From: an uncultured Clostridia bacterium
Lineage (GTDB): Bacteria; Bacillota; Clostridia; Oscillospirales; Oscillospiraceae
Assembly (NCBI GenBank): GCA_946531435.1
Contig: CAMNAO010000004.1
Span: 6,786 to 70,785 of the forward strand
DNA: 64,000 bases
Direction: 5' to 3'
Of this stretch, positions 54,245 to 62,741 are shown one piece after another. The position numbers and the translations under genes are program-made. The notes beneath the pieces are model-generated. The model was not told the origin of the DNA. It searched no databases and saw only the letters and a list, made by a program, of their open reading frames with translations. Every line of letters begins with the position of its first letter. The first letter of the stretch is position 1.

Positions 54245-54850
54245 ATGATGATGGATACAGCCCAAATGAAATGGATAAGGGAACCTGAGGATTACGAAAT
54301 CAGCCCGGACAGGATTGCGATCACAACCGCGCCCCATACGGACCTCTGGCAGAGGACCTATTACCACTTCCGCAACGACAATGCGCCGGTTTTGCAGCTT
54401 GAGACGGAGGAGCGGTACTTCTCCTTTCTCGTGAAGACGGACTTCACCCAGAGCCATCACCGCTTTGACCAGTGCGGAATCGTGATGTATCTGGACGCCG
54501 GGAACTGGCTGAAGGCGTCGGTGGAATATGAAAACGACGTCTTTCAGCATCTGGGGTCTGTGGTGACGAATCACGGTTACTCCGACTGGGCGACCACGGC
54601 GATCCCCGCGGACGTCAAAACCATGTGGTACCGCCTCAGCCGAAGGGAGGACGACTATCGCATCGAGTGCTCGCCCGACGGAAAAGTCTTTACGCAGATG
54701 CGCATCTGCCACATGTGGGAGGGGGCCGGGGCCATCCGCTTCGGTATCTATGCCTGCAGTCCGGAGAACTCCAGCTTTCGGGCCGTCTTTACGGATTTTG
54801 CAATCACCCCCTGCGCCTGGAAGGCCCACGACGGCCAGCAGCCGGATTGA
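54245..54850 (+). CDS. DUF1349-family protein (concanavalin-like fold)
   Basis: WIREPEDYEISPDRIAITTAPHTDLWQRTYY matches the DUF1349 N-terminus (recalled). The first ATG is preferred over the TTG in the ORF track. Confidence 0.65.
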   Translation: MMMDTAQMKWIREPEDYEISPDRIAITTAPHTDLWQRTYYHFRNDNAPVLQLETEERYFSFLVKTDFTQSHHRFDQCGIVMYLDAGNWLKASVEYENDVFQHLGSVVTNHGYSDWATTAIPADVKTMWYRLSRREDDYRIECSPDGKVFTQMRICHMWEGAGAIRFGIYACSPENSSFRAVFTDFAITPCAWKAHDGQQPD

Positions 54851-54941
54851 CAAATATCAAAGCTGTACGCCTCCACTGCGGTACACGCGGCTGCTTTTCC
54901 GGTTTTTTGACAAGCCCATTTTCCAGGGAGGAGGAAGCAAT

Positions 54942-56174
54942 ATGAACCAATTGCTCAGAAGCCACGCGGATCAAATCGTACGTGAAGCCATTGCCGCCGT
55001 TCAGCCGGACGCCGCTGTCCAGCGGGCGCTGCAGGGGATGCATTTTTCCGGGCGCGTCCTTCTGGTGGCCGCGGGAAAAGCCGCCTGGCAGATGGCGAAA
55101 GCCGCCGGCGACTGTCTGGGCAGCCGAATCGAAAACGGCGTAGTGGTAACCAAATACGACCACGTGATGGGTCCCATCGCCAATGTTACCTGCTTTGAGG
55201 CGGGGCACCCCGTGCCGGACGAGAACTCCTTCCGGGGGACCCAGGCGGCGCTGGATCTAGTCTCCGATCTCACGGAAAAGGACACCGTCCTCTTCCTGCT
55301 TTCCGGCGGCGGCAGCGCCCTTTTTGAGAAGCCCCTGGTGCCCGCGAAAGAGCTTCAGGACATTACGGGACAGCTTCTGGCCTGCGGCGCGGATATTGTG
55401 GAGATCAACACCATCCGCAAACGGCTCAGCGCGGTCAAGGGCGGCCGCTTCGCCCAGCTCTGCTGGCCCGCCCGGGTGGAGGCCGTGGTACTCTCCGACA
55501 TTTTGGGGGATCCCCTGGATATGATCGCCTCCGGCCCCGCCTGCCCCGATACCGCCACCGCCGAGGACGCCTGGCGGATCCGCAAAAAGTACAATCTCCG
55601 GATGTCTGAGGCTGCGGAAAAGCTTCTGGATGTGGAAACGCCCAAGAGCCTGGACAACGTGCGCACCCAGATCAACGGCAGCGTGCGGGAGCTCTGCGCC
55701 GCCGCCGGCAGCGTATGCAGACGGCTGGGCTATGAGCCGATCCTGCTGACCGATCAGCTCTGCTGTCAGGCCCGGGAGGCGGGAAGCTTCCTCGCCTCCA
55801 TCCTGAAGACACACGCGGACGACGGCAAGGCGCTGGCCTTCATCGCGGGCGGCGAGACCGTAGTGAAGCTGACGGGGCACGGCCTGGGCGGCCGGAACCA
55901 GGAGATCGCACTGGCTGCCGCCGCCGGGATCAGCGGAATGCCCAATGCGGCGGTCTTCTCCGTGGGCAGCGACGGAACGGACGGCCCCACCGACGCCGCC
56001 GGCGGCTACGCGGACGGCGACACCTGCCGGGAGCTCACGGAGCAGGGGCTTGCCATCGACGCCGTCCTGCAGGACAACGACGCCTATCACGCCCTGCAAA
56101 AGACGGGCGGTCTCATAATGACCGGTCCCACCGGCACCAACGTGAACGACGTGGCGGTCGCCCTGTTGGGGTAA
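54942..56174 (+). CDS. glycerate 2-kinase / hydroxypyruvate reductase-like (DUF4147 + MOFRL)
   Basis: LLVAAGKAAWQMA, LLSGGGSALFE, FIAGGETVVKLTGHGLGGRNQE, SVGSDGTDGPTDAAG. RBS GGGAGGAGG. Confidence 0.8.
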   Translation: MNQLLRSHADQIVREAIAAVQPDAAVQRALQGMHFSGRVLLVAAGKAAWQMAKAAGDCLGSRIENGVVVTKYDHVMGPIANVTCFEAGHPVPDENSFRGTQAALDLVSDLTEKDTVLFLLSGGGSALFEKPLVPAKELQDITGQLLACGADIVEINTIRKRLSAVKGGRFAQLCWPARVEAVVLSDILGDPLDMIASGPACPDTATAEDAWRIRKKYNLRMSEAAEKLLDVETPKSLDNVRTQINGSVRELCAAAGSVCRRLGYEPILLTDQLCCQAREAGSFLASILKTHADDGKALAFIAGGETVVKLTGHGLGGRNQEIALAAAAGISGMPNAAVFSVGSDGTDGPTDAAGGYADGDTCRELTEQGLAIDAVLQDNDAYHALQKTGGLIMTGPTGTNVNDVAVALLG

Positions 56175-56206
56175 CGAAAAGGGCGCGATCCAATCTCCCA
56201 ATAGAC

Positions 56207-56255
56207 AGGCCTCCCATGGGGTGCATAGCACCCCTTGGGAGGCCTCTTTGTTCTG
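56207..56255 (+). terminator. intrinsic terminator after the glycerate kinase gene
   Basis: 18-bp stem with one mismatch (aggcctcccatggggtgc / gcaccccttgggaggcct), loop ata, then a T-rich tail. Confidence 0.7.
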
Positions 56256-56302
56256 TCAATGGTCGGCGCAGAGCGCTCCAAGACGCTTATGAAAGATCTT
56301 GC

Positions 56303-57145
56303 TTACCTTTTTTCAAACGCGGGGCGCCAGCCTGCGAATTGGCTGAGCTGCTCATCCGTGCGGTGGTAATAACGGCGTCCCGCATCCAGCTTCGCGATCT
56401 CCGCCATCTCCTCCTCCGTCAGGCAGAAATCCAGGATGTTCAGATTATCCCGGATGTGATCCACATTTCTGCTGCCGGGGATGACCGCAAATCCCATCTG
56501 GGTATGCCAGCGAAGGATGACCTGGGCAGGGGACTTTCCGTACTTCCGGCCGAGGGTCTCAAACACCGGCTCCTTCAACAGGGACTTATCCCCGTGGCCC
56601 AGAGGGTACCAGCTCATGAGCCGGATGCCGAAGCTGTCCAGCGTCTCCCGCAGCTCCTTCTGGGTGTCGTAGGGATGGGCCTCCGCCTGCATGAACTGGG
56701 GCACGATCTCCCACTTGGTCTTCAGCTCCTCCAGGTACTTCCCCTCAAAGTTGGAGATTCCGATGGATCTGGCCTTCCCCTCCCGGAAAGCCTTCTCCAA
56801 CCGGCGGTATCCGGCGAGCCAGTTGCCCGCGGGCTGGTGGATATAGAGAAGGTCCACATAGTCCACACCCAGACGCTCCAGGGTCTCCTCCAGGGCGTTG
56901 GGGTTTTCATATTCGCTGGGCCACAGCTTGGTGGAGAGGAAGACCTCCTCCCGGGGAAGGCCGCTGGCCCTGATGCCCCGACCGACGGCCCGCTCATTGA
57001 CGTAGGCGTTGGCCGTATCCACCAGAGAATAGCCCATCTTCAGCGCCTCGCGCACGCTGTTCTCCGCGTCCGAAGGGGAGAGCATAAAGGTCCCGATGCC
57101 GACGGACGGGCACTTGACGCCATTGTTCAGCAAAATATACTCCAT
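56303..57145 (-). CDS. aldo/keto reductase (DkgA-like)
   Basis: LNNGVKCPSVGIGTF, DTANAYVNE, SNF... Confidence 0.9.
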   Translation of the reverse strand: MEYILLNNGVKCPSVGIGTFMLSPSDAENSVREALKMGYSLVDTANAYVNERAVGRGIRASGLPREEVFLSTKLWPSEYENPNALEETLERLGVDYVDLLYIHQPAGNWLAGYRRLEKAFREGKARSIGISNFEGKYLEELKTKWEIVPQFMQAEAHPYDTQKELRETLDSFGIRLMSWYPLGHGDKSLLKEPVFETLGRKYGKSPAQVILRWHTQMGFAVIPGSRNVDHIRDNLNILDFCLTEEEMAEIAKLDAGRRYYHRTDEQLSQFAGWRPAFEKR

Positions 57146-57155
57146 AAATACCTCC

Positions 57156-57524
57156 TTAGTAGGTTGATGCCCGGGAGCCGGTGAATTTCCAGACGCCCGC
57201 TTCCTTTTGCAGGGTGAACGTTCCCTGCAGCCTCCATCTCATCTTCCCTCCGCCATAGACGGCGGCAAGGACCCGGCTTTGCCCGATCATGGACGCCCGC
57301 TCACCGTCCACCGTGACCTCGATGCTGTCATGCTCGGCCTCATAATAGTTGAAGGTTCCGTCCCGCAGGCCCTTCAGAAAGCTGTCCGCCGACTGCGTAA
57401 CGCCGGTCATGTGCCGCAATCGGTAATCCTTCGCCATCAGCCGCCGCAGGCCCTCCGTGTCCTTGGCGATCATGTACCGCCAGTACTGCCGGTACATCTC
57501 GCGGATCTCTTCCCGATCCTCCAC
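57156..57524 (-). CDS. NTF2-like (SnoaL/DUF4440) family protein
   Basis: Size and the N-terminal EIREMYRQYWRYMIAKDTEGLRRLMAKDY pattern. Confidence 0.6.
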   Translation of the reverse strand: MEDREEIREMYRQYWRYMIAKDTEGLRRLMAKDYRLRHMTGVTQSADSFLKGLRDGTFNYYEAEHDSIEVTVDGERASMIGQSRVLAAVYGGGKMRWRLQGTFTLQKEAGVWKFTGSRASTY

Positions 57525-57535
57525 GGGCTGCCGCC

Positions 57536-58057
57536 TTATCTCAGCCCGTTGGCCTTCAGCCAGCGCTCCAGGCTACCCCGGGAATTCGCGGCAGCGCTGC
57601 CGGTGATGGGGAGGCCCTTTTTCACCTCCGCGCCGGGGGCGTATTTCTTCACGTCCCGCTCGCTTACGCCCATGCCGCTGCCCTCATTGGTGCAGAGGGG
57701 AAGGATCGTCTTGCCGGAGAAATCATAGTTCTCCAGGAAGGTGGCCACCGCCATGGGGCAGGTGCCCCAGTAGTTGGGGTAGGCCAGGATCACGGTATCG
57801 TAATCCTCCATACTCTCAGGCCAGGCGATCAGTTCCGGACGGGCCTTCTCCCGCAGGTCCCTCTTGGCCTCCTCGATGCAGGTCATGTACACCGGGGAAT
57901 AGGGCTCCTTCATCTCGATTTTGAAGGTATCCGCCGGGATCAGCTCCCGCAGGATGTTGCAGACGATCTCCGTATTGCCCACCTTCACATAGCGCATGGC
58001 GCCGCCGAAGTAGTTCTCATCCGCCCGGGAAAAATAAGCGATCAGTGTCTTTGCCAT
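57536..58057 (-). CDS. flavodoxin-like protein
   Basis: MAKTLIAYFSRADENY and TVILAYPNYWG. RBS AAGGAGG. The upstream extension is discarded. Confidence 0.8.
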   Translation of the reverse strand: MAKTLIAYFSRADENYFGGAMRYVKVGNTEIVCNILRELIPADTFKIEMKEPYSPVYMTCIEEAKRDLREKARPELIAWPESMEDYDTVILAYPNYWGTCPMAVATFLENYDFSGKTILPLCTNEGSGMGVSERDVKKYAPGAEVKKGLPITGSAAANSRGSLERWLKANGLR

Positions 58058-58101
58058 TATCGAAGCCTCCTTGTTTTTTCTGTCTCTATCATACCCGATA
58101 A

Positions 58102-58134
58102 CTATTGCAAAGTCCAATAGATATCGTATATAAT
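58102..58134. promoter_or_regulatory. LysR-type operator candidate (CTATTG-N7-CAATAG) plus a TATAAT -10 box, in a divergent intergenic region
   Basis: Perfect inverted repeat at 58102-58107 / 58115-58120. TATAAT at 58129-58134, 33 nt before the lysR ATG. Confidence 0.4.
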
Positions 58135-58167
58135 CCATTTAAAATATAAATAGCAGGAGCAGAAGCC

Positions 58168-59055
58168 ATGACAACAAAACAGATCGACTACTGCATTGAG
58201 CTGGCCCATACGCTGAATTTCAGCCGGGCGGCGGAAAACCTGTTCGTCAGCCAGCCCACCTTCTCCTATCAGATCCGGCTCCTGGAGGAGGAGATCGGGT
58301 TTACGGTTTTTGAGCGCAGCGGCAGGGGCGCCGTGCTGACGCCCGCCGGGGCGCAATTTGTCTCCTTCCTCACCGGCATGCGGGAGGACTTGAAGCGGGC
58401 CATCGAGCAGGGACAGAACTTCAGCGCCAGATACCGGGACAGCATCTCCCTGAGCCTCATGGTGCGGCAGGCCGTCTTTTTTCTTCCGGAGGCCATACGC
58501 CTTTTCGGGCTGAGCCACCCGGAGGTGCAGATCACGCCGGTCTTTCGCTATGAAAACGGGCTGGATTCCTTCTTGCGAAACGAAGCCGACGTTCTGTTCG
58601 CCCTCCGGGAGGAGCTGCGGCAGACCCCGGGCATCACCATCCACCCCCTCTTTGAGAGCCGTATCTACCTCATCGCGGAGAGGGACGATCCCCTGGCGGA
58701 GAAGGATCTCCTTCGGGAGGAGGATCTCTACGGGCGGACTTTGATGGTGGGCGGGGGCTCCCCCGCCGCCCTCCGGGCGGTGCAGCACCGCCTTTTGGCC
58801 TCCGGCCGGATCCGGTATTTCAACAGCCCCGATCACGACACGACCCTGACCAATGTGGCCGCCGGGCGGGGCGTCTGCCTGGCGCCGGGCTTTCTGAACG
58901 ACCACAGCGGCCAGTTCGCCTGGATCCCCTTTGACTGCAAAGAGCGCTTTTCCTGCGTCCTCTGCACCCACAGGAACGATCTGCGGCCAAGCCTCGGGGC
59001 CTTTATCGGTCTTCTGCAGCAGCTCTACCGGGACGCCGTTGCCTTCCCCCTTTGA
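58168..59055 (+). CDS. LysR-family transcriptional regulator
   Basis: N-terminal HTH MTTKQIDYCIELAHTLNFSRAAENLFVSQPTFSYQIRLLEEEIG. Confidence 0.9.
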   Translation: MTTKQIDYCIELAHTLNFSRAAENLFVSQPTFSYQIRLLEEEIGFTVFERSGRGAVLTPAGAQFVSFLTGMREDLKRAIEQGQNFSARYRDSISLSLMVRQAVFFLPEAIRLFGLSHPEVQITPVFRYENGLDSFLRNEADVLFALREELRQTPGITIHPLFESRIYLIAERDDPLAEKDLLREEDLYGRTLMVGGGSPAALRAVQHRLLASGRIRYFNSPDHDTTLTNVAAGRGVCLAPGFLNDHSGQFAWIPFDCKERFSCVLCTHRNDLRPSLGAFIGLLQQLYRDAVAFPL

Positions 59056-59109
59056 GAAAAGGCGCCCGACATTTTTTCGTGAGCTTTGGAAAAGGCGGGG
59101 CTCCGTCCC

Positions 59110-59138
59110 TTGACCTTGGGAGACGTTTATAGTAAACT
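59110..59138 (+). promoter_or_regulatory. candidate promoter TTGACC-17 nt-TAAACT for proBAC
   Basis: Hexamers at 59110-59115 and 59133-59138, about 60 nt upstream of proB. Confidence 0.3.
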
Positions 59139-59197
59139 AAAGAACTAAACAGAGAAATCAGTAAGGCCCTTCGGGTCGGAGACAGAGGACAAGAAAC

Positions 59198-59971
59198 ATG
59201 AGAATCGTCATCAAGGTCGGCACCTCAACGCTGACCCACGCCACCGGGCACATGGACATCCGGCGGGTGGAGACGCTTTGCACGGTGCTGAGCGACATCA
59301 AAAACGCGGGACACGAGCTGGTGTTTGTGTCCTCCGGGGCCATCGGGATGGGCGTCGGCAAGCTGAATCTGCGGGAAAAGCCCACGGATATGCCCACGAA
59401 GCAGGCGGCGGCCGCCGTGGGCCAGTGTGAGCTGATGTACGTCTACGACAAGCTCTTCTCCGAGTATAACCACAAGGTGGCCCAGATCCTGCTCACCGGG
59501 GAGGATCTGCGGGATGAGGTCCGGCACCTGAACTTTTCCAACACCCTCCGGCGCCTTCTGGAGATGGACGTTCTGCCCATCGTCAATGAGAACGACACCG
59601 TCTCCACCCAGGAGATTGCCGTGGGCGACAACGACACCCTGGGGGCCCTGGTGGCCGTCAGCGCCGGCGCGGACCTTCTCATCATCCTCACGGACACCGA
59701 CGGGCTCTTTACCGCCGACCCCCGGACGGATCCCGACGCCCGGCTGATCCCCGAGGTCCGGGAGATCACCCCCGCCATGCGGGAGAGTGCGGGCGGCAAC
59801 GGCACCGCCCTCTCCACCGGGGGGATGACCACAAAGCTGATAGCGGCCGATCTCTGCATGGACGCGGGGATCGACACGGTGATCGTAAACGGCGCAAGGC
59901 CGGCGATCCTCTACGATGTGCTGGAGGGGAAGCCGGTGGGCACCCGCTTTATCGGAAGGAGATCCAAATGA
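59198..59971 (+). CDS. proB: glutamate 5-kinase (short form without PUA domain)
   Basis: IVIKVGTSTL, FVSSGAIG, NENDTV. ATGA overlap with proA. Confidence 0.9.
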   Translation: MRIVIKVGTSTLTHATGHMDIRRVETLCTVLSDIKNAGHELVFVSSGAIGMGVGKLNLREKPTDMPTKQAAAAVGQCELMYVYDKLFSEYNHKVAQILLTGEDLRDEVRHLNFSNTLRRLLEMDVLPIVNENDTVSTQEIAVGDNDTLGALVAVSAGADLLIILTDTDGLFTADPRTDPDARLIPEVREITPAMRESAGGNGTALSTGGMTTKLIAADLCMDAGIDTVIVNGARPAILYDVLEGKPVGTRFIGRRSK

Positions 59972-61224
59972 AAACAACAGCGGAGATTTTGCGGGAAACC
60001 CGGGCCTCCCGGGGCGCCCTGACGGGCGAGAGAGAAAAAAAGAACGCCGCCCTGCGGGCCATTGCCGGGCGTCTCCTCTCAGAGCAGGCGACAATTCTGG
60101 AGGCCAACCGTCTGGATGTGGAGGCTGCCAGATCCCGCTACGGCGAGGTGATGCTGGATCGGCTGACCCTGACGGGGGCCCGGATCGAAGCCATGGCCCA
60201 GGGTGTTCTGGATGTGGAGGCCCTGCCCGATCTGGAGGGCCGGGTCCTGTCAAGGGTGGAGCGGCCCAACGGCCTTGTCATCGAAAAGGTTTCCGTGCCC
60301 CTGGGCGTGGTGGCCATCATCTATGAGAGCCGCCCCAACGTCACCTCCGACGCCGCGGCGCTGGCCCTGAAATCCGGCAACGCAGTGGTGCTGCGGGGCG
60401 GGCGGGAAGCCTTCTGCTCCAACAGGGCCGTTGTTCAGGCCATCAGGCTGGGGCTGGAGGACGCGGGCCTTCCCCCGGAGTTGGTGGGCTTTGTGGAGGA
60501 TACGGACCACGCCAGCGCCGAGGAGCTGATGCGCGCCGTGGGGCTGGTGGATCTGCTGATCCCCCGGGGCGGGGCCGGGCTCATCCGCCGCTGCATCGAA
60601 AACGCCCGGGTACCCTGCATCCAGACCGGCACCGGGATCTGCCACATTTTTGTGGACGCGTCCGCAGACCTCAATATGGCGCTTAAGGTCATTGAGAACG
60701 CCAAGGCCAGCCGTCCCTCCGTCTGCAATGCCGAGGAGGTCCTGCTGGTACACCGGGACGTGGCTGCCGCCTTCCTCCCCCGGCTCCGGAAGTGCCTGAC
60801 TCAGGACCGCGTCGCCCGGGGCCTTCCCCCCGTGGAGCTGCGCCTGGACGATAAGGCCGCGGCCATCATCCCCGGCACCCCGGCGGGAAAAGAGGATTTC
60901 GACACGGAATTTCTGGATTACATTCTGGCCGTGGCGGTGGTGGAGGACGTAAACGCCGCCATCCGGCACATCGCCCGGCACTCCACCGGGCACAGTGAGG
61001 CCATCCTCACCCGGGATGAGGCCAACGCCGCCGCCTTCACCGCCCAGGTGGACGCCGCCGCCGTCTACGTCAACGCCTCCACCCGGTTTACCGACGGCGG
61101 GGAGTTCGGGCTGGGCTGCGAAATGGGCATCTCCACCCAGAAGCTCCACGCCAGAGGCCCCATGGGGCTGGAGGAGCTGAACAGCTACAAATACATTGTC
61201 CGCGGAGACGGACAGATTCGATAA
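59968..61224 (+). CDS. proA: glutamate-5-semialdehyde dehydrogenase
   Basis: VIYESRPNVT, the catalytic Cys region (SRPSVCNAEE), and HSTGHSEAI. Confidence 0.95.
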   Translation: MKTTAEILRETRASRGALTGEREKKNAALRAIAGRLLSEQATILEANRLDVEAARSRYGEVMLDRLTLTGARIEAMAQGVLDVEALPDLEGRVLSRVERPNGLVIEKVSVPLGVVAIIYESRPNVTSDAAALALKSGNAVVLRGGREAFCSNRAVVQAIRLGLEDAGLPPELVGFVEDTDHASAEELMRAVGLVDLLIPRGGAGLIRRCIENARVPCIQTGTGICHIFVDASADLNMALKVIENAKASRPSVCNAEEVLLVHRDVAAAFLPRLRKCLTQDRVARGLPPVELRLDDKAAAIIPGTPAGKEDFDTEFLDYILAVAVVEDVNAAIRHIARHSTGHSEAILTRDEANAAAFTAQVDAAAVYVNASTRFTDGGEFGLGCEMGISTQKLHARGPMGLEELNSYKYIVRGDGQIR

Positions 61225-61234
61225 GGAGGCAGAC

Positions 61235-62038
61235 ATGTACAGGGCCGGATTCATCGGCTGCGGCAACATGGGGGGCACCCTGGCTGCCGTGGCGGCAAAA
61301 AGCGTGGGCGGGGATCAGATCCTGACTTTAGACCACCACCGGGAAAAGCTGGAAGCCCTGCATAAGGCCTGGGGCTGCATCCCGGCCACGGCGGAGAAGG
61401 CCGCGAAGGAGTGCCGGATCCTCTTTCTCGGCGTCAAGCCCCAGGTCATGGGCAAGCTGGCGGAGGAGCTTCGCGAGCCCCTGAAAAGCCGCGCCGCCCC
61501 TCCCCTGCTGGTCAGCATGGCGGCGGGTCTTTCCATCGAGACCGTCTCCTCCCTCTTTGGCGGCGCCAGGGTCCTGCGGATCATGCCCAACACCCCGGCG
61601 GCTGTGGGCGAGGGCGTCCTTCTCTATGCGCCGGGCCCCGGCGTGACGGCGGAGGACGAGGCGGACTTTCTGGAGCTGATGGCCCCGGCCGGGCTCTGCG
61701 CCCGGCTGCCGGAGGAGAAGATCGACGCGGGCAGCGCCGTGACCGGCTGCGGCCCCGCCTTCGTGTGCCTGATGATGGAGGCCATGACCGAGGCCGGCGT
61801 CCGCTGCGGCCTTCCCCGGGCCCAGGCCAGGACCTTCGCGCTGCAGACCTTTGCCGGGACCGCCCGGCTGGCTCTGGAGACCGGGACCGATCCGGCGGAG
61901 CTGCGGGGGGCGGTGTGCTCCCCCGCCGGCAGCACCATTGAGGGCGTCGCCGCCCTGGAGGCCCACGGGGTCCGCTATGCCGTGATGGAAGCCGTGGACG
62001 CCGCTCTCCGGCGCACCCGGGAGCTGGGGAAGAGCTGA
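61235..62038 (+). CDS. proC: pyrroline-5-carboxylate reductase
   Basis: FIGCGNMGG, PNTPAAVGEG, SPAGSTIEG. RBS AAGGAGG. Confidence 0.9.
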   Translation: MYRAGFIGCGNMGGTLAAVAAKSVGGDQILTLDHHREKLEALHKAWGCIPATAEKAAKECRILFLGVKPQVMGKLAEELREPLKSRAAPPLLVSMAAGLSIETVSSLFGGARVLRIMPNTPAAVGEGVLLYAPGPGVTAEDEADFLELMAPAGLCARLPEEKIDAGSAVTGCGPAFVCLMMEAMTEAGVRCGLPRAQARTFALQTFAGTARLALETGTDPAELRGAVCSPAGSTIEGVAALEAHGVRYAVMEAVDAALRRTRELGKS

Positions 62039-62095
62039 GTGGCTTCCGGGCATCCGGCAGAGCGCATGGATCATGAAAAAATACGCAAAGATGAT

Positions 62096-62139
62096 ATTCG
62101 GCAAATTCGTGTACTCCGCGAATTTGCCGAATATTTTTT
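62096..62139 (+). terminator. intrinsic terminator after proC
   Basis: 14-bp perfect stem attcggcaaattcg / cgaatttgccgaat, 9-nt loop, then ATTTTTT. Confidence 0.8.
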
Positions 62140-62463
62140 GGATCATCGAGAAACTTTAGGGAGTGAAAGTGCGGTAAGCTAAGCCTTCTCCTTGAGGCCC
62201 AGCGTGGCCGAAATCTTTGATTTCGCAGCCGCGGTGAGGTGCCTTGTGCTGGAAGGTGCCCTCCGCTCCGCCCAGTTCGCAAACTGGGAAGAAGGGGTGG
62301 AAACTGACCGATTCTGAGCAACATCGCACAAGCAGCATAGTAACACCTCATCCGTCTCGTCCCTCGCGGGAGATCGGGCCGAGCCACCTTCCCCTCCAGG
62401 GGAAGGCATTTTGCACCATTCTGCGGTCTCCTTTCTTTAGTGCATGAAAGAATCGTGAAGAGC
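62139..62463. repeat. mosaic intergenic repeat, copy 2 (about 325 bp)
   Basis: Same conserved blocks, order and orientation as copy 1 at 37499-37837. Starts at the last T of the proC terminator. Lies between convergent genes. Confidence 0.8.
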
Positions 62464-62539
62464 CGTATTTTTTGGTATTGTGCTTATACGGAATCACAGG
62501 GCGGAAGCGGAATGCCGCCTTATTTCGCGTCCGGGCTCT

Positions 62540-62741
62540 TCACAAAGCCGATCTGCGCGCCCTCTCCCTGCTCATCAGGTGGAAATTGCATTCATCGTCG
62601 CCGCAGCCCAGGGTCTTTGTTCTGTCAAGGACGGCGCCCTGCATCTCAAAAGTGTAATAGTCCATCATGCAGAGGTACTTTGTGATCTCCCCGCAGTGCT
62701 CCGTCCTCTCGGAGCAGCGGCGTCAGACAGTCCATGCTCAT
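62540..62741 (-). pseudogene. possible remnant of an ATC-hydrolase-family gene (C-terminal roughly 60 codons only)
   Basis: The minus-strand frame reads SERTEHCGEITKYLCMMDYYTFEMQGAVLDRTKTLGCGDDECNFHLM, resembling the C-terminal Cys motif of L-2-amino-thiazoline-4-carboxylate hydrolase-like proteins (recalled). No in-frame start. An ATG overlapping the upstream stop is in another frame. Confidence 0.3.
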
